Source: an uncultured Chloroflexia bacterium
Lineage (GTDB): Bacteria > Chloroflexota > UBA6077 > JACCZL01
Length of the DNA stretch: 64,000 bases
Direction: 5' to 3'
Assembly: GCA_963765765.1 (NCBI GenBank)
Contig: CAVXYC010000018.1
Span: 139,002 to 203,001 of the forward strand
The notes under the pieces are model-generated. The model made no database searches, was not told the DNA's origin, and was given only the letters and a program-made list of their open reading frames with translations. Below, piece after piece: positions 1 through 11,092 of this stretch. Positions within the stretch are counted from its first letter, which is position 1; the number at the start of each line of letters is the position of its first letter. The translations under genes were made by a program, and so were the position numbers.

Positions 1-457
1 GTCTCAGGAGCTGATTGAGGTATCCCGTCTGCGGACTGGCGAGAATTGTCCAGGTGAGAAGCTTTCCGAGTCCCGGGAAGAAGAAGCTGAGGACAACCAG
101 GAACTCGAGCTGGCGCCGGAAGGGGCAATTCGTGCGGGCAAGGATCCACGATAGTGTGACGGCTGTGCCCAGAGCGAACACAACTCGTACAATCGCAAGC
201 CATAGCGTGGTCCAGGCGATGTTCCAGGTGGACGGATCATTCACCGCCGTGGCCAGCCCCTGAAGGGTCCAGGTCCCTTCACGACCGGGCGAATTGTCCC
301 GCACGGCCGAGATGACGATGACCGCCGCCGGCGTGATGGTCAGCACGGCAATGATCACGAGGAGCAGCCACATCAGGGCTGTCCCCATGTCAAATTGCCG
401 TACGGGCTTTAAGGCGACCGGCCTCTCGGCCGGTGAAGCACTAACCGCTGAGCTCAC
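1..457 (-). CDS. ABC transporter permease (FbpB/iron-type), partial, runs off window edge
   Basis: Manual translation MGTALMWLLLVIIAVLTITPAAVIV...SWILARTNCPFRRQLEFLVVLSFFFPG; downstream of a substrate-binding protein. Confidence 0.8.
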   Translation of the reverse strand, partial: MSSAVSASPAERPVALKPVRQFDMGTALMWLLLVIIAVLTITPAAVIVISAVRDNSPGREGTWTLQGLATAVNDPSTWNIAWTTLWLAIVRVVFALGTAVTLSWILARTNCPFRRQLEFLVVLSFFFPGLGKLLTWTILASPQTGYLNQLLR

Positions 458-502
458 GGGCGGAGACGCCGGTATATTGTCAAACGCTCAACGGAGCGCA
501 TT

Positions 503-1663
503 CTAATAATCGAAGAGCTTGCCATCCGTGATCCATTTGATGTTTTCACGGGTGGGCAGCTCGTGCTGGTCGTCATACCAGAACATCTGCGGGTGCGTTT
601 CGGGCGCAACGCTCGGGTGGATCGGCACGTCCTTGCGCGCGACCGCTTCGCCATTCTGAGCGAGAAACTCCTGGGCGGGCTTGGTCAACCAGAACTCAGC
701 CCACACCTTTGCCGCGTTGGTATTCGGTCCGCCCTTCACCGTGACCGGAATGGTCTGCGTGATGGTGCATCCCGGCAGCGGGCAATGCGTGATGACCGGG
801 TCCTTGTTCTCCGTGTTCTTGAACGTCGGACCCACACCGATGACCGCGTGAAATTCGCCGCGGAGCACCGGGTCCATCGTGGCCACATTGACGATTCTTG
901 GCTTGTACGAGGCCAGCGTACGCACCCACTCATCACCATATTCAGCCTGGTTCAAGATCCGCAAGCCGTAGGAGAGGATGTGTCCGTGTCCGCCACTCAG
1001 TCGCGGATCATAGAGCGCCACGAGGTTGCGCTTGAACAGGTCGACCCAGAACGGGTCCCTCAAGACATCCCACCACGTTTTGGGCAGCTTGTCCTCAGGC
1101 ACGAGGCTCGTGTTCACACCAAGCCCGGTAGGGCTAGCCTGCCAGACAGTCAGCTTGGTTTGACTGAGAACGATCGGGAAGTGATATTCCACCGACGGGT
1201 CCAGCGCTGACGGCGGGACAAACGACTCCGAGACGCCACGTCCGGCGAGGTTGCGCGCAGAAGTGCCGCCGCAGAGGAAGCTGTCAGCCTGAATTTTACC
1301 GGCGGCGGCTTCCGCGGCGATCTTCTCCACCTGGGCGTTGCCGGGTCCGTAAATATAGTTGACGGTGATGTCTGGGTACGTCTTCTGGAAGAAGTTCACC
1401 ATAGGCTCGCCCTCATCCGCCTGGCGACAGGTGTACCAATTCATCTCCCCTTCCTTTTTCGCGGCGGGGACGATGACGGTGTCGAACTCGGCGCGGGCCT
1501 GCTGGTAGGCTGCCTGAGCCGGAGTGAGGTTGGCCACCTGCTGCGGTGAGAGCGTGGGCGCAGCGGTGGGAGCCGCGGCCGTTTGACTCTGGCACGCCGA
1601 GAGCACCAATGATCCAACGACGGCCAGCGCTCCAAGCGCTTGACCTAATTGCAATCTCTTCAC
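503..1663 (-). CDS. ABC substrate-binding lipoprotein (Fe3+/thiamine-like family)
   Basis: Lipobox LSAC, AAKKEG, PNTNAAKVWAEFWLTKPAQ. Confidence 0.85.
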   Translation of the reverse strand: MKRLQLGQALGALAVVGSLVLSACQSQTAAAPTAAPTLSPQQVANLTPAQAAYQQARAEFDTVIVPAAKKEGEMNWYTCRQADEGEPMVNFFQKTYPDITVNYIYGPGNAQVEKIAAEAAAGKIQADSFLCGGTSARNLAGRGVSESFVPPSALDPSVEYHFPIVLSQTKLTVWQASPTGLGVNTSLVPEDKLPKTWWDVLRDPFWVDLFKRNLVALYDPRLSGGHGHILSYGLRILNQAEYGDEWVRTLASYKPRIVNVATMDPVLRGEFHAVIGVGPTFKNTENKDPVITHCPLPGCTITQTIPVTVKGGPNTNAAKVWAEFWLTKPAQEFLAQNGEAVARKDVPIHPSVAPETHPQMFWYDDQHELPTRENIKWITDGKLFDY

Positions 1664-1765
1664 AGACGTTCTCCTTGCATCATTGCGTGAGGGCCGAGGC
1701 AGGCTTCGATTCTATGCCCGGGCCGACAAGCGCACAAGGATTTGAAGGTGCAGCAGGCCAGACCG

Positions 1766-1865
1766 TTCGGACCGCGGCGGTCTTCGCTGCTTTCCCGCCG
1801 GCTGGAAGCCGATGGCGGACGCGCTCCGCGCTCGTAGAAAGCGGCGAAGACGGCCGCAGTCAAAA
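1766..1865. repeat. REP-like inverted pair (GACCGCGGCGGTCTTCGC family)
   Basis: Two complementary ~28-bp palindromic arms; near-identical copy at 15598-15703. Confidence 0.75.
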
Positions 1866-1935
1866 GCCGTTCATCAAGAAGAGCGGGACTGATCGAAATC
1901 AGTCCCGCTCTTCAGTTCTGGCTATCTTCGTAGAT

Positions 1936-3148
1936 CTAGCGGAAGAACGCCTTGTCGAAGATGTCGATGAACTCGTTGTTGCGGGAAACCTGGTCGTCCG
2001 TCCGCTTGGAAGGGTTCACCTCCTCGAGCGGCGGCTGTCCGGCCGGTGGCGGGTAGCCCGGCAGGACGGAGTAAACATTGCGCTTGTCCACGACGACCTT
2101 CTGCCCTCGGGAGAAAGGATCCAGGAATGAACATCTTCGCAGCGTCCTGACCGGGCGCACCCTTGACGACGCCGATGGTGCTCTCCTGGATCGTCGTTCC
2201 GCCATCCTTCATGTAGAACACCTTGACCGGGGCCGCCTGCTGGAGATCCAACAGCTCCGAGGTGACCGACGCTGGATAGAACAGCGAGTATTCACCCCGC
2301 GCGACCTGGCTTGGCGCATTGTCGCGGTCACGTGTAAAGGTCGGCTCCTGGGCCTTGAGGTCTGCCAGCCACTGGTCGCCGAGCTGGACGTAGTTCACCG
2401 TGCCAACGTCCAGGCCGGGGCCATTGCCTCGAGGATCCTCGAGGAGCAGCTTGCCCTTGCCCTTGAAGAAGGGAGTCAGGAGGTCCGTGCGCTTTGTCGG
2501 GATCCTATCCGCGGGAACGAGCTCGGTGTTGACGATTCCGGAAAAGAGGCTGAAGCTGTGCGACCAGCGCGTCTTTCCCTCGGTCAAGCCGGCCGGCGGA
2601 ATGTACGGCGCGGTGGGCGGCCCTTCCCACTCCGTCAGGTCACCCTGCTTGTCAAAGGTTGACATGGTCGTCTGCCCATGCGTCACCAGGTTAGCGATCA
2701 GCTTACCGCTGGCCTTCTCGGCCGCGAGGCGCTGGAGCATCCCGGGCCCAAGAAGGTTGACCTTCTCCATGGAGATATCAGGGTACTTCTTGCGGAACTC
2801 GGAGATGACATCGTTCCAATCCTCAGCGAGTCCACCATAGATGACCAGGTTGGTCTCACCCGAGGCCTTGGCCTTCTGGTAATAGCCATTGATAACGGCG
2901 TCATTGTCGGCCTGCGAAGGGAGCGGACCGCCCCTCGCCGGCGGAGGAATGTTCGGCAGAGCCCCGCCAGAGGTCCCTGCTGCCGCTGCCGGCGAAGCCG
3001 CGGCGCCTGGTGAAGCCGCCGCGGCTGGCGATGCAGCGGCCGCGGGGGCAGACGTCGGCTTGGCCGGCGCGGCGGTTGGACTCGCGGGCGCCGGCGAGCT
3101 GCAGGCTACGGCAAGCAGCGACGCGAGCAAAAGGACAATTGCGCGCAT
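1936..3148 (-). CDS. ABC substrate-binding lipoprotein, frameshift near 2130
   Basis: Lipobox AVAC, Ala/Pro linker, KGAPGQDAAKMF; C-terminus in ORF 1936..2205. Confidence 0.8.
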
Positions 3149-3353
3149 TCCTGAGATACCCTCCATCGGGGTCCGGGTCAAATTGCTTTTGCAATCAGCC
3201 AGTGGACTTTTGAACCTCTTATAGTAGCGTGAGCGAGGAGAAAAGACGCAATAAATTCCGATCGCTTGCCAAAGCGCTGGGCGAGTTCCGAGGTGCTCCG
3301 CGCCTGAGCTACACTCATTTCCGCCTGAAACCATCAGAAAGACGGAGAAATCT

Positions 3354-4522
3354 ATGACCACATCGCAGACGCCCGCGTGGCATCGCGTAGACCAGATCGG
3401 CAGCTTGATTCAGACCCGCCGGGCTGGTAGAAGCCTTTAAGAAGTTTGATCTGGGTGAGCTGGACGAGGCTTCCCTGCGGGCACAGCAGGATCAGGCCAT
3501 CCGCGATATCCTCGCGCGACAGGAGGCTATGAAGTTCCCCGTCGCCGTCGATGGCGAGTTTCGGCGAGAGGGATTTCAGGACAGCTTTGGCCAGGCGGTC
3601 AGCGGCTTTGTGGGCGGCGATGAGAACCCCAGTCAAGAAGGGGCAGCTCGCCCCGGCCGAGTTGAATCCGGCCTGGAAGCTCTGGGACGCCCTGTCAGCA
3701 CTCGGCAGCCGGCGGTTGCCCGATTGAAGCTAACGAACAATGTGCCCCTGGATGAATACCTATGGGCCAGCGCCGCGACCTCACTGCCTGTCAAGGTAGC
3801 CATCATTGGACCCGACCGTGTGGCGCAACGCTTTCGATGGGAAGAATCGCTTTCTGTCTATGACGGTCTCGACGATTTCGTGAACGACGTCGTGTCGATC
3901 GAACGGGAGATGATCTCAGGCCTGGCCGAGGCGGGCTGCCCATACGTTCAGATTGACGCCCCTGGATACACCGCCTACGTGGATGCGCCGTCTATGGAGC
4001 GCATGCGGAAGCGCGGGGAGGACCCGCAAAGAAACCTGGCACGATCTATTGCAGCGGACAACGCGCTCATCGATGCCTTTCCGAATGTCGAGTTCGGCAT
4101 CCACATCTGCAAGGGCAACTCGCGGATGATCGATCCGACCTCCGGAAAGGTCGTTGCACGATGGCATCGCGAAGGGTTTTACGATGCCATCGCGGAGCAG
4201 CTCTTCAGCGAGCTGAATCACAAGCGCTTCCTGCTCGAGTACGACGATGAGCGATCGGGCTCATTTGAGCCCTTGCGGTTCGTTCCTAAAGACCGCATTG
4301 CGGTAGCTGGGCCTGGTGTCCACCAAGCGATCGGACGTGGAGACAGTGGACGAGCTCAAGCGGCGAATCGAGGATGCATCGAAGTATCTTCCCGTCGAGC
4401 AGCTTTCCATCAGCCCACAGTGCGGCTTTGCATCAGGAATCGGCGGCATCACCGTGGGCGAGGACGCGCAGTGGCGCAAGCTGGAGAACCTCCTGGAGAC
4501 GGCTCGGCAGGTCTGGGGCTAA
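3354..4522 (+). CDS. Cobalamin-independent methionine synthase II family (catalytic domain only), frameshifted
   Basis: DQIGSL, DGEFRR, GIHICKGN, LEYD, SPQCGF zinc motifs across frames. Confidence 0.85.
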
Positions 4523-4533
4523 GCAGGCCATGG

Positions 4534-4567
4534 TCTGACACGCGGGATACGTATCCCGCGTGTCAGA
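4534..4567. repeat. Perfect 34-bp palindrome
   Basis: TCTGACACGCGGGATAC|GTATCCCGCGTGTCAGA. Confidence 0.95.
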
Positions 4568-4577
4568 GTGGGAAGCC

Positions 4578-5138
4578 ATGCAACGCGTCTGTGTTATCGG
4601 CGTCACGGGATCAGGCAAAACCACGCTGGCCAAGCGTCTCGCTGGCCAGCTCCGTTTGGATTACGTCGAGATGGACTCGCTGTACTGGAATCCGCACTGG
4701 ACTCCTATAGATCCTGAGATTTTCCGCTCACGCATCGCGGGCGTGGCGGAGGGCGATGCCTGGGTCACCGATGGAAACTACTCGCGAGCGCGCGACATCC
4801 TCTGGCCGAGAGCCGACACGTTTGTGTGGCTGGACTTGCCTTTCCACGTGACGTTTATGCGTCTGGTGCATCGGACGTTCAGGCGATGGCTCCAAAAAGC
4901 CGAGCTCTGGAACGGCAATCGAGAGAGTCTTCGAGAGCATTTCTTCTCGAGAGACTCGATTTTTCTGTGGGCCATCAACACTCACCCGCGTTACCGTCGG
5001 GAGTTTCCGCCGCTGCTCGCGGAACAGCGGGCGCTTGGAAAGGCGGTCTACCGGCTGCGGTCCGTACAGGCTGTTGAGCGCTGGACCCACACTGCCTGCC
5101 GACAAAGCGGACCGCGGCGCGCAGAGTCGGCTCGTTAA
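4578..5138 (+). CDS. Adenylate kinase-like / FlaR topology-modulation P-loop protein
   Basis: GVTGSGKTT, WVTDGNY, LWNGNRES. Confidence 0.85.
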   Translation: MQRVCVIGVTGSGKTTLAKRLAGQLRLDYVEMDSLYWNPHWTPIDPEIFRSRIAGVAEGDAWVTDGNYSRARDILWPRADTFVWLDLPFHVTFMRLVHRTFRRWLQKAELWNGNRESLREHFFSRDSIFLWAINTHPRYRREFPPLLAEQRALGKAVYRLRSVQAVERWTHTACRQSGPRRAESAR

Positions 5139-5174
5139 TGCAGGCGTCATTAGCGCATTGCGACACGTCTTAAT

Positions 5175-5190
5175 GTAAGTATATGCTTAC
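5175..5190. promoter_or_regulatory. Putative repressor operator
   Basis: GTAAG-TATATG-CTTAC inverted repeat ~45 bp upstream of a start codon. Confidence 0.4.
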
Positions 5191-5232
5191 GCAATCCCGT
5201 GACGTAGCGACTCAGCGGGTGGAGGTCTATCT

Positions 5233-5796
5233 GTGAGCTCGATTGACGATCTAGAGCGAGTGCTCGACATGGCGGAAGCGGTGATGCTCAAAGTCACTTC
5301 AGACGATCTGGCAAAGCCAACGCCGTGTAGCGAATGGGATGTGCGCGCGTTGGCGAATCACATGACTGGCGTCTGCCTTATGTTCGGCCGCGCGGCGCAG
5401 GGAGAAGCCATCGAAGGTCGGCCGACTTTCACTGACTTGATCGGGGATGACCCCGGAGCAGCCTACATCCGAGCCGCGGAGGCGAACAGGGAAGGCTGGA
5501 ACTCGCCCGGCGCCCTGGAGAGGACGCTCACCGTCCCCGCCGGCCAGCTCCCCGGCAATGTCGCCATAGCGATCAATACGGCAGACCAGCTTCTTCACAC
5601 CTGCGATCTAGCACGCGCCCTCGGCCACGACGTCGCCTTGCCCGAAGATCTGGCCGAAACCGGTCTGAAGTACCTGCAAATGCTCATGAGTCCCGAGCGC
5701 CGAGGCCCAGGCAAGCCCTTTGGCGAAGAAGTCCCCGTGCCCGACGACACCCCGATCCAGCAACGATTACTCGCGTTCTCGGGGCGACAGCCTTAG
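5233..5796 (+). CDS. TIGR03086 family (DinB/MDMPI superfamily) metal-binding protein
   Basis: PTPCSEWDVRALANH, HTCDLARA, RLLAFSGR. Confidence 0.85.
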   Translation: MSSIDDLERVLDMAEAVMLKVTSDDLAKPTPCSEWDVRALANHMTGVCLMFGRAAQGEAIEGRPTFTDLIGDDPGAAYIRAAEANREGWNSPGALERTLTVPAGQLPGNVAIAINTADQLLHTCDLARALGHDVALPEDLAETGLKYLQMLMSPERRGPGKPFGEEVPVPDDTPIQQRLLAFSGRQP

Positions 5797-5882
5797 TCCG
5801 GCGCCGAGCGCTTTGAATACGGCGAGATCGTCGCTTTCTGGCGTGGCTAGCCGCTGGACACCACTCACAACCGCGGCGGCCT

Positions 5883-5972
5883 TGTCATCCTGAGCATTTA
5901 GCGAAGGATCTATCCCAACTGCCTCAAGGAATCCAGCCGGGAAGATCCTTCGCTAGTCGCTCAGGATGACAG
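5883..5972. repeat. REP-like inverted pair GTCATCCTGAGC..GCGAAGGATCT / AGATCCTTCGC..GCTCAGGATGAC
   Basis: Complementary arms, intergenic. Confidence 0.8.
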
Positions 5973-6086
5973 GGCCATGAATCAAGCGTTGCGCCAATTC
6001 CGAACCAGGAGTCTTACAAAGTCCATCCTCTGTGATACTCCAAGACGCACCTGCCCGGACTCTCCGGGCCGGCCCGTCAGGTACAC

Positions 6087-7410
6087 TTGCCTCCTGCATT
6101 CCACGCACGAGGCTCCCAGACGCTCTCCGACCAAACCTCCGCTCCTACTTCCCAGGCTCGACCGGGCTTCTTTTACGGCTGGGTCATAGTTGCCGTCGCT
6201 TTTCTTTGTGAGCTCGTAGCATTCGGCACTGGCAATGCAGCCTTCTCTGTCTTCCTCAAACCCATGAGCGATGACCTGGGCTGGAATCGCATGGTGCTTA
6301 GTGGCGCTGTCACGCTTCAGGCTGTGGGCAATATCGCGGTCTCGCCCGTGGCCGGATGGGTGCTGGATCGACACGGCCCGAAGATGATCATGGTCTTTGG
6401 CGCCACCGTCGCCACAATCTGCTTTCTTTTAATGGGCTCGGTGACGGAACCCTGGCAGTTTTATTTGCTCTATACCGCCGCGACGGTGCTGGGCCTCAAT
6501 GAAATGGGCAGCCTTGTCACCTCTACCACGGTGGCGAAGTGGTTTGTGCGCAGGCGGGGCCGAGCTATGTCTCTGGCTAGCATCGGACTCAACGTCGGCG
6601 GCGCCGTGCTGGCCCCACTCATCGCGCTCATCATCACAGTCGTCGGCTGGCGACAGACCTGGAGTGTGCTCGGCATCATCGTGGCGTGCACCGTCCTGCC
6701 CGCGGCGATTCTCTTCTTCAAACGGTCTCCCGAAGACATGGGACTGTTACCTGATGGGGACGCTGCTGGAAGCACTCCCACGCGTCCCGGCGAGCGAACC
6801 GCGTCATCAGAGCAACAATGGAAGCTGGGTGACGCGCTGCGCAATCCAACCACCTGGGTCATCGTGGCTGCGTTCAATCTCATTCTCGTAGCCGCGTCAG
6901 CCATGTCGCAGCATTCCGTTGCCTATCTCGAGGACACTGGAATGTCTCTGGTAGAAGCGAGCGCCATGTTCGGCGCTTCGCACCTAGTCACTATCGGCGC
7001 CAAGCTGACCTGGGGCGCCATATCTGACCGGTTTCCGGTGCGCTACTGCTTGATCATCAGCAGCTTCGCGCGCATCGTCGGCCTGCTGAGTCTCATGTTC
7101 GCTACTGGCCCATCCAGAATGGCAGGATTCGTGATCGGTCAGGGCATCGGGCAGGGGATGGGCCTGCTGGGCCCCAAGCTCTGGGCCGACTACTACGGCC
7201 GTACCTTCCTGGGCACCATTCGCGGAGTGCTGCAGCCCTTCAGCGTCGTCGCCAGTCTCGTTGGACCTCTCTTCGCGGCGTACGTTTACGATACCTCCGG
7301 CAGTTACAACATGGCCTTCTGGGTCATCATCGTGTGCCTACTGCTGTCGGTGGTACTTCTCTGGCTAGCACGGCCGCCGAGGAAGCGTCAGCGCTCGTTG
7401 CGGACTAGAG
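6087..7410 (+). CDS. MFS transporter (end approximate)
   Basis: FFYGWVIV, DRHGPK, many TM segments, DYYGR. Confidence 0.85.
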
Positions 7411-7486
7411 CGGTACCGCGGCATCACAGGCTCGGAAGTCAGGCGGCCACCGCAAATGAGCGAATGACTCAACCCCATACCACTCA

Positions 7487-7828
7487 TCACTCCACCACCC
7501 GATCCGAGCCCTCGACAAACCCCGGCCCATTCATCACGACGTACGTCATGTGCCCCTCGAACACGTACGGGACGCCCATCGGAATGAAGACGACGTCACC
7601 GGCGCCAACGCGGTCAGGCGAATCGTCGCCGACTTGAAACTCGGCCGAGCCGTTGATGATGTAGTAGACGCGGTCGCTTCGGTCGCAGACGACTTTCTCA
7701 TGCCGACCCCAGATGTTCACCCAGGTCAGGCTGATGTGCTCGCTCAGTGATTGATTGATGACCTTCTTCATTCGCAGCGGCCGGGGCGGCTGAAGAAGAT
7801 CGGGAACGTCGTTCAGGTGGATGATCAT
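7487..7828 (-). CDS. Cupin domain protein
   Basis: RVYYIINGSAEFQVG..GDVVFIPMGVP. Confidence 0.75.
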   Translation of the reverse strand: MIIHLNDVPDLLQPPRPLRMKKVINQSLSEHISLTWVNIWGRHEKVVCDRSDRVYYIINGSAEFQVGDDSPDRVGAGDVVFIPMGVPYVFEGHMTYVVMNGPGFVEGSDRVVE

Positions 7829-7844
7829 GATGTCTTCGCGCCGC

Positions 7845-8627
7845 TCAATTTGCCCGACGCTCCCGTGGCAGCCAGTCAAGCCCTTCAAGCGTGCCGTTGG
7901 CGGGGCGATACTCGAGCGAGACGTAGCCTGAGTAACCAGCAGCGTCGATGGCCGACAGCAGATTGGGATAGTTGATCTCGCCGGTGCCGGGCTCGTGTCG
8001 GCCGGGCACGTCGGAGATCTGGATGTGACCAATCTTGTCCAGGTTGCCCGTCACGGTGGCGGTCAAATTCCCCTCCATGATCTGCATGTGATAGGCGTCG
8101 TAGAGGAACTTGACCGACGGGCTCGCCACGGTATCCACGATCTCGAAACCGACGCTGGACCTATCGATCAGATAGGTGGGGTTATCGATGGTATTCAAGC
8201 CTTCGATGCACAGCGTAACGCCGGCGGATTCGGCCTGTGGGGCGATGCGTCGCAAGTTCTCGATGGCGACAGACTTCGCCGTATCAACCGCTACGCCATC
8301 TGGGACGAGCCCTGCCAGCGGATTGATCAAGTGCGCACCGAGCCGCTCGGCCACTCGTAGCGCGTCCTCCATCCCAGCCTTGAAACGAGCCTCCTGACCG
8401 GGGTGACACATGTAGCCGCGCTCGCCTCGAGCAAAGTCTCCACGGTCTGAATCGAATAGGATCATCTCGACGCCGCTGTCCTTGACCGTCCGCTCCAGCT
8501 CATCGAGATCGTGCTCCTCGGGGAAGAGGAACTCCACGTGGGTGAATCCCGCATCGGCCGCGCGTTTGAATCGCTCGAGCGCTGGCCACTCACTGAACAT
8601 GAATGAGATATTCGCGGCGAACTTCAT
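7845..8627 (-). CDS. hyi: Hydroxypyruvate isomerase family
   Basis: KFAANISFMF, YDAYHMQ, HIQISDVPGRHEPGTGEINY. Confidence 0.9.
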   Translation of the reverse strand: MKFAANISFMFSEWPALERFKRAADAGFTHVEFLFPEEHDLDELERTVKDSGVEMILFDSDRGDFARGERGYMCHPGQEARFKAGMEDALRVAERLGAHLINPLAGLVPDGVAVDTAKSVAIENLRRIAPQAESAGVTLCIEGLNTIDNPTYLIDRSSVGFEIVDTVASPSVKFLYDAYHMQIMEGNLTATVTGNLDKIGHIQISDVPGRHEPGTGEINYPNLLSAIDAAGYSGYVSLEYRPANGTLEGLDWLPRERRAN

Positions 8628-8816
8628 GGCCTACGCTCCCGGACTTGTGGATAGCGAGCTCCGAAGTACATATCGGAGGTGTTAGATCGGCTGAAGACTA
8701 CCACGATTCCGGACGCTATTCTCTTCACCGCTGGTACCATTGACAGCGGATGCCGCCCTTACCGCCGCTCGAGTGATATCGGCGTCTGGCTCGCACGACC
8801 ACGAGAGGAGCAGCCT

Positions 8817-9131
8817 ATGGCAGTGCACAGCGCGACCAGCCCCCTGACCCAGCGAGAGCTCATCGAACAGCACTTCGTGGAGCATCGAACGATGGTGCTT
8901 GACATCGCGGCCTTCCTCGATCGTCTGGATCGCGCCCGTGAGATCGACGCTTCGGACGACTTCCGGCTCATCGCCTTCCGCAAGGCGCTCGAGGTGCTCT
9001 GCTCGGATGATCCTTCTCGGATTCACACAATCCAGATGGTCCTGAGCGATCCGCGCTCCGAGCTCCTACCCGAGCTGGACCGCAAGAGCGCCTTCGGTGC
9101 CTACCCAACGCAGGAAACGGAGACCCGCTGA
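8817..9131 (+). CDS. Conserved hypothetical protein coupled to the TatD/EboB gene
   Basis: [22 protein letters not shown] motif, TGATG overlap with next gene. Confidence 0.7.
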   Translation: MAVHSATSPLTQRELIEQHFVEHRTMVLDIAAFLDRLDRAREIDASDDFRLIAFRKALEVLCSDDPSRIHTIQMVLSDPRSELLPELDRKSAFGAYPTQETETR

Positions 9132-9961
9132 TGGAATATATCGACATCCATTCACACATGGGCTCCCGCACCACCGACGATTACGAGCAGATGGCGCTCA
9201 CCGGCTGCGTGGCATTGACGGAGCCTGCCTTCTGGGCAGGCTATGACCGAGGCTCCTCCCAGGCATTTCGCGCCTACTTCGAGCAGCTCACCGATTTCGA
9301 GCCGAAGCGCGCCGCGAAATACGGCATCAAGCACTTCACCTGGCTGTGCTTCAATCCGAAAGAGGCGGACGATCGCGCGCTTGCCGCGGACGTGCTACCG
9401 CTCATCCCGGAGTACCTGGACCGGCCGAACGTCATAGGCATCGGTGAAATCGGGCTCAATCGCGTGACGCGCAATGAGCTGGCGACCATGGTGGATCACA
9501 TCGACCTGGCCATGCAGTACGACCAGATCATCCTGGTGCACACACCACACCTCGAAGACAAGTACAAGGGTACGAAGGTGATCGTCGACACCATGGCCGC
9601 GGACCGGAGGATCAGTCCGACCCGCGTGTTGATCGATCACGCAGAAGAGCACACCATGCCGATGATCCAGGAAGCCGGCTTCTGGGCGGGCATCACGCTC
9701 TACCCACAAACCAAAGTCTCGCCCGGGCGCGCGGTCGACATGATCGAGATGTTCGGGAGCGACAAGATTTGCGTTGCTTCTGCCTGTGATTGGGGGCCGT
9801 CCGTTCCCACCGCCATGGCTCACTTCGTCCTGGAAATGCGCCGACGGGGCCATCCCGATCGGCTGATTCGGAAGATCGTCTACGAGAACCCGATCGAGTT
9901 CCTGAGTCAATCACCCAAGTTCGAGCTTCCGCGCCTGGAAGCAGCGGCAATTGCGCGTTGA
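9131..9961 (+). CDS. eboB: TatD-family hydrolase, EboB-like
   Basis: [32 protein letters not shown]. Confidence 0.8.
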   Translation: MEYIDIHSHMGSRTTDDYEQMALTGCVALTEPAFWAGYDRGSSQAFRAYFEQLTDFEPKRAAKYGIKHFTWLCFNPKEADDRALAADVLPLIPEYLDRPNVIGIGEIGLNRVTRNELATMVDHIDLAMQYDQIILVHTPHLEDKYKGTKVIVDTMAADRRISPTRVLIDHAEEHTMPMIQEAGFWAGITLYPQTKVSPGRAVDMIEMFGSDKICVASACDWGPSVPTAMAHFVLEMRRRGHPDRLIRKIVYENPIEFLSQSPKFELPRLEAAAIAR

Positions 9962-10124
9962 TGAATGACAGAGTCGCATCCCGTGAAGGTGCGGCTCCTC
10001 TCGTGATGTTCGCTGAATCGGTCAGAGCCGCGACCGTGAGGAAGCGGTTCCTTCACGACCGGTCGGACGGCGATCTCGCGAGGAACCGCTTACTTACGTG
10101 CGCGGCTCGAAGGCTGGCTAGGGA

Positions 10125-11090
10125 GTGTCATCCGGGACGGAAGTGTTCGTGAGAGGGTCCGCACCCTTACGGGATGCGGCTCTGTTGGTGAGAGTGACCA
10201 TGTCTCCTGAAGCCCTTCCTTCCAGGGTGACTCACCGGAAGCGAATCCTTGGCTGGCTCACGTCAATGCGCCTGTCCAATAGCCCCACGGTCGTAAGTAA
10301 CGTGTTAGTGGGGGCGGCGCTGGCTGGCATTCTCCAGCCAGATCATCCGTCTGTGGTGATGCTGGCCGTAGCAATGGTGCTCTATTACACAGCCGGCATG
10401 ATTCTGAATGACGTGTGTGACTTCGCCTGGGACACGGTGCACCGCCCCAGCCGTCCCATGCCCGCCGGAGTCGTCTCGCGTGGGGCCGGCGCGGTGGCTG
10501 TCGTCGTGCTTTTCGCCGTCGGTACAGTGCTGCTCTGGTACGCCGGCGGCATCAACAGCGTCATCAGCGGCGTCATCCTCATCGGAGTCATCGCCCTGTA
10601 CGACTTCTGGCACAAATCCAACCCAGCAAGCCCCCTGGTGATGGCATTGTGCCGTGTGCTGGTATACGTCACCGCGTTTGTTGCATTCGCATGGCCACTC
10701 ACGGCATCACTCGGGATCGCGTCGCTCTTGCTTGTGCTTTACATGACGGGACTCACGGCGATCGCAAAGAGCGAAGTGCGCCCAAGCATGGTGGGTTATT
10801 GGCCCGCGGCGATTCTGTTCATGGGGCCATTCTTTTATGGAGTTCGCGGTGGATCGTTCCAGGCGGCCATCCTGGCAACCATGCTGGCAGGATGGATTCT
10901 GTACAGTCTTCACACGGTGTATCGAGAGGAAAGCAGAAACGTCGGTCTAGCCATTGGTCGCCTCATCGCCGGAATCTCGATGTTCGACGCGCTTGTGCTG
11001 GCTTCAGCGGGCGCCACGCAATCCATCATGGTGGCGCTGGTCGCCTTTGGTACAACGCTCGTCTTCCAGCGATACGTCGAGGGCACCTAG
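10125..11090 (+). CDS. eboC: UbiA prenyltransferase, EboC-like (start uncertain)
   Basis: RLSNSPTV, GMILNDVCD..RPSRP, YDFWHK. Confidence 0.8.
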   Translation: MSSGTEVFVRGSAPLRDAALLVRVTMSPEALPSRVTHRKRILGWLTSMRLSNSPTVVSNVLVGAALAGILQPDHPSVVMLAVAMVLYYTAGMILNDVCDFAWDTVHRPSRPMPAGVVSRGAGAVAVVVLFAVGTVLLWYAGGINSVISGVILIGVIALYDFWHKSNPASPLVMALCRVLVYVTAFVAFAWPLTASLGIASLLLVLYMTGLTAIAKSEVRPSMVGYWPAAILFMGPFFYGVRGGSFQAAILATMLAGWILYSLHTVYREESRNVGLAIGRLIAGISMFDALVLASAGATQSIMVALVAFGTTLVFQRYVEGT

Positions 11091-11092
11091 AT

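Noticed and set aside
9961-10120. DinB-like gene fragment inside the ebo cluster
   Set aside because: Only a short motif resemblance.
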